A DNA stretch of 46,839 nucleotides. It comes from Azolla caroliniana. Taxonomy: Eukaryota > Plantae > Polypodiophyta. The notes under the pieces were generated by a model. The model saw nothing but the letters and a program-made list of their open reading frames with translations. It was not told the origin of the DNA and searched no databases. Made by a program: the position numbers and the translations under genes. This document shows positions 44,897 to 46,839 of this stretch, piece by piece (the first letter of the stretch is position 1; each line of letters starts with the position of its first letter). The stretch lies in assembly GCA_043228905.1 (NCBI GenBank), contig JBHGNT010000235.1, positions 1-46,839 on the forward strand. The letters are read 5' to 3'.

Positions 44897-45037
44897 TTAA
44901 TACCACGATTTTGGTGGTTTTTACAAAGTCATAATTAATGGTAAAGAAAAAGTAAAAATTTCATGATAATGATTCGCAACCAAGGATTTTGTAGAAGTAT
45001 TTGAGACATGAATTCTAGGGTTTCAGCGCAACATGTG
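44897..45037. repeat. Dispersed repeat shared with 19102-19241
   Basis: TTTAATACCACGATTTTGGTGGTTTTTACAAAG...GTAGAAGTATTTGAGAC...TTCTAGGGTTT occurs at both sites in the same orientation. Confidence 0.9.
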
Positions 45038-45456
45038 TGTTACCGGCCGGCAAGGAGTCCAAAATACGGAGTGAAGGAATTAATTTAGTATGGTTGTAAA
45101 TAAGCATAGTGTGGACGGACGGACTGGAAACGGTATGCCGTTCCAGATCTGGACGGATCCCGAATAGGTGCGATAGGCACCGTTTTGTACTACGGGCCGG
45201 AAACCTATTTAAAGGCCCGGACCCCATTGTAATCGCAGCGGATAATTAATAGAGCTTATGGTGTTTATACTTCTGTCTTGGTTTCCGTTCTGTAATTACT
45301 GTTATATCTTACGCGTGTAATTAACAAAAGTGATCTAATCGTGTAACTTACGTAAGTCGGTGTAATCGTTGAGTCTTAATCCTATGCCGTAATCACCCTT
45401 TGGTGAAGTGTCTCCGTGACACCTTGTGTTAGGCCTTGTCCGGTCAGAGAATAACA
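45038..45456 (+). repeat. 5' LTR of a gypsy element extending beyond the window, with tRNA-Arg-like PBS at 45463-45479
   Basis: TGTTA...TAACA termini and TATTTAAA near 45207. PBS TGGCGACCAAGATGGGA; the tRNA identity is tentative. Confidence 0.8.
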
Positions 45457-45479
45457 CAGTTTTGGCGACCAAGATGGGA

Positions 45480-45511
45480 TTTAGGGTTTAGGGTTTAGGG
45501 TTTAGGGTTTA
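45480..45511 (+). repeat. Plant telomeric repeat (TTTAGGG)4
   Basis: Four perfect units plus TTTA, directly after the PBS. Confidence 0.95.
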
Positions 45512-46524
45512 TTCGCCTTTTGCCTTTCCGCGTCCGCGACGTTCCTTTCATTGGCTTCCTTCACCCATTCCGTCGCCTGTTTTCGTATGGCCTCTTGTGT
45601 TTCCCAGTCTTTGGCCATGCCTTTCGACCGTGTGGTTACTTGCTGTATATCCGCCACTTCCGGAACAACCATATTAACTGCTGGTCGTTTCTCGTAGCTC
45701 TTTACCGGGCACTGGTTACTGTAGTGGCCTTCCTGCCTGCAGTAGTAGCAGTACTCTTTACGGGTATTGCTGGATTCAGCATTGCTGGTAGCCGGAGTCG
45801 GTCCCGTAGTGAGTGGTGCGTTCTGTGCCGGTTGGCTCCTTGGGGTTCCATGTTCCGGGTCCCTAGGTTGACCACCTTTCTTGAAATTACGTTTCTTATT
45901 ATTCTTATTTTTATTTCGGTAGTCCGGTCATGGTGGATCGTAAAATCGGCCGTAGTCCTCCTGGTGCTTCCGGTAACTAGGGGAATGGTCTCTGTCGTAT
46001 TGCTCGTGTCGTCTGTTGGACTCCCGATAACGGTCCGATCGCTCATACCGGTCGTAGTTATCATGCCGATTCCCGTACCGGCCATCATTCTCTTGTTTGT
46101 CTCCGTACCGGACATCCTGTGCCGGTTGGTACCGGTTCATTCTTTGCCAACGATCGTCATCTTCGTCTCGGCTGCTTCTTGGCTCGATCCGTCGGACGGG
46201 TGGTGCTTGTCGGTTTAACAGGTTATACTCGCACCGGTCCGTTGTATGACTCTTGGATTGACAAATCACACACTGGGTTCGCATGGTACACTCCACTGCC
46301 GAGTGTCCGGCATTCAAGCAGATTGTGCATTGAATTGCCTGCCGGAACCGTAGATCTTCGTCGGTGGGTAACGCCCGTTGCAGTGTTCCCAGTGTAAGCC
46401 ATGAACTTGACTTTTCCATTTCTCTGACCCGGTCAATGACCTGGTCAATGGTGCTTCCTCGAAAGTCGATTACTGTACACACCGTGCGTAACAGTTCTCG
46501 GAGTGCGTTTAAAAATATCGTCCG
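45512..46524 (-). pseudogene. gag: Inverted gypsy gag C-terminal fragment with two zinc knuckles
   Basis: CTICLNAGHSAVEC and CVICQSKSHTTDRC. 46467-46524 is an inverted copy of 46784-46839. Confidence 0.8.
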
Positions 46525-46526
46525 AG

Positions 46527-46839
46527 ATAGCGGAATTCGGGGTCACGTTGGAAGGACCAGCGACACGATGGCGGCGGACGCAGGACCCGGCGACCATCAC
46601 AACCTTTGCAGAATTAAAAGCAAAATTCTTGCATTTTTTCCACAAGGAGGTCGACCAGACGACAATGGTGGGCCTGTTTTATACGATCCGACAGGAGGCA
46701 GGAGAAAGCATTCCCCAATTCGTCATCCGTTTCCAACGAATGCATAGCCAGCTTGCCCGTGCACCCCCGGAGGAGGAATTACGGACGATATTTTTAAACG
46801 CACTCCGGGAACCGTTACGCACGGTGTGTACGGTAATCG
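46527..46839 (+). pseudogene. gag: Gypsy gag capsid-domain segment, 5'-truncated, open to the window end
   Basis: Hand translation: IAEFGVTLEGPATRW...TFAELKAKFLHFF...IRQEAGESIPQFVIRFQ...IFLNALREPLRTVCTVI. Confidence 0.8.

Noticed and set aside
45520-46218. 232-aa hydrophobic ORF suggesting an env-like or membrane protein
   Set aside because: It is the antisense of the R/D/N-rich gag tail, so the hydrophobicity is a codon-complement artefact.

Overview
Eukaryotic plant nuclear DNA, most likely a fern or other non-seed vascular plant. That assignment is inferred from a fern-style PLS-class PPR fragment, a Tcn1/Tf1-sushi-like chromovirus, TTTAGGG repeats and heavy CG/CHG C-to-T decay. There is no intact host gene. 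The window is a deep nest of LTR retrotransposons. Two elements are intact and very young: a Tnt1/Tork-like copia (12399-17784, minus strand, TSD CTTCG) and a chromodomain-bearing gypsy (23904-29679, minus strand, TSD ATCAC). A near full-length decayed copia lies at 31268-37654 (TSD AGTAT), alongside several truncated or chimeric copia and gypsy elements, solo LTRs and a non-coding LTR element complex at about 41975-44657. Four signals stand out. (1) The intact gypsy and an unrelated non-coding LTR family both lack a tRNA primer site and instead carry a PBS complementary to the predicted 5' end of their own RNA (Tf1-type self-priming), with compensatory sequence differences between the families. 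(2) Four LTRs from at least three families carry an outward-facing tRNA-like A-box/B-box module at tRNA-like spacing in U3. (3) The intact gypsy has a clear -1 frameshift signal. (4) Two different gene-like fragments share the same leader up to the ATG. All alignments were done by eye, so boundaries lacking a TSD are approximate.
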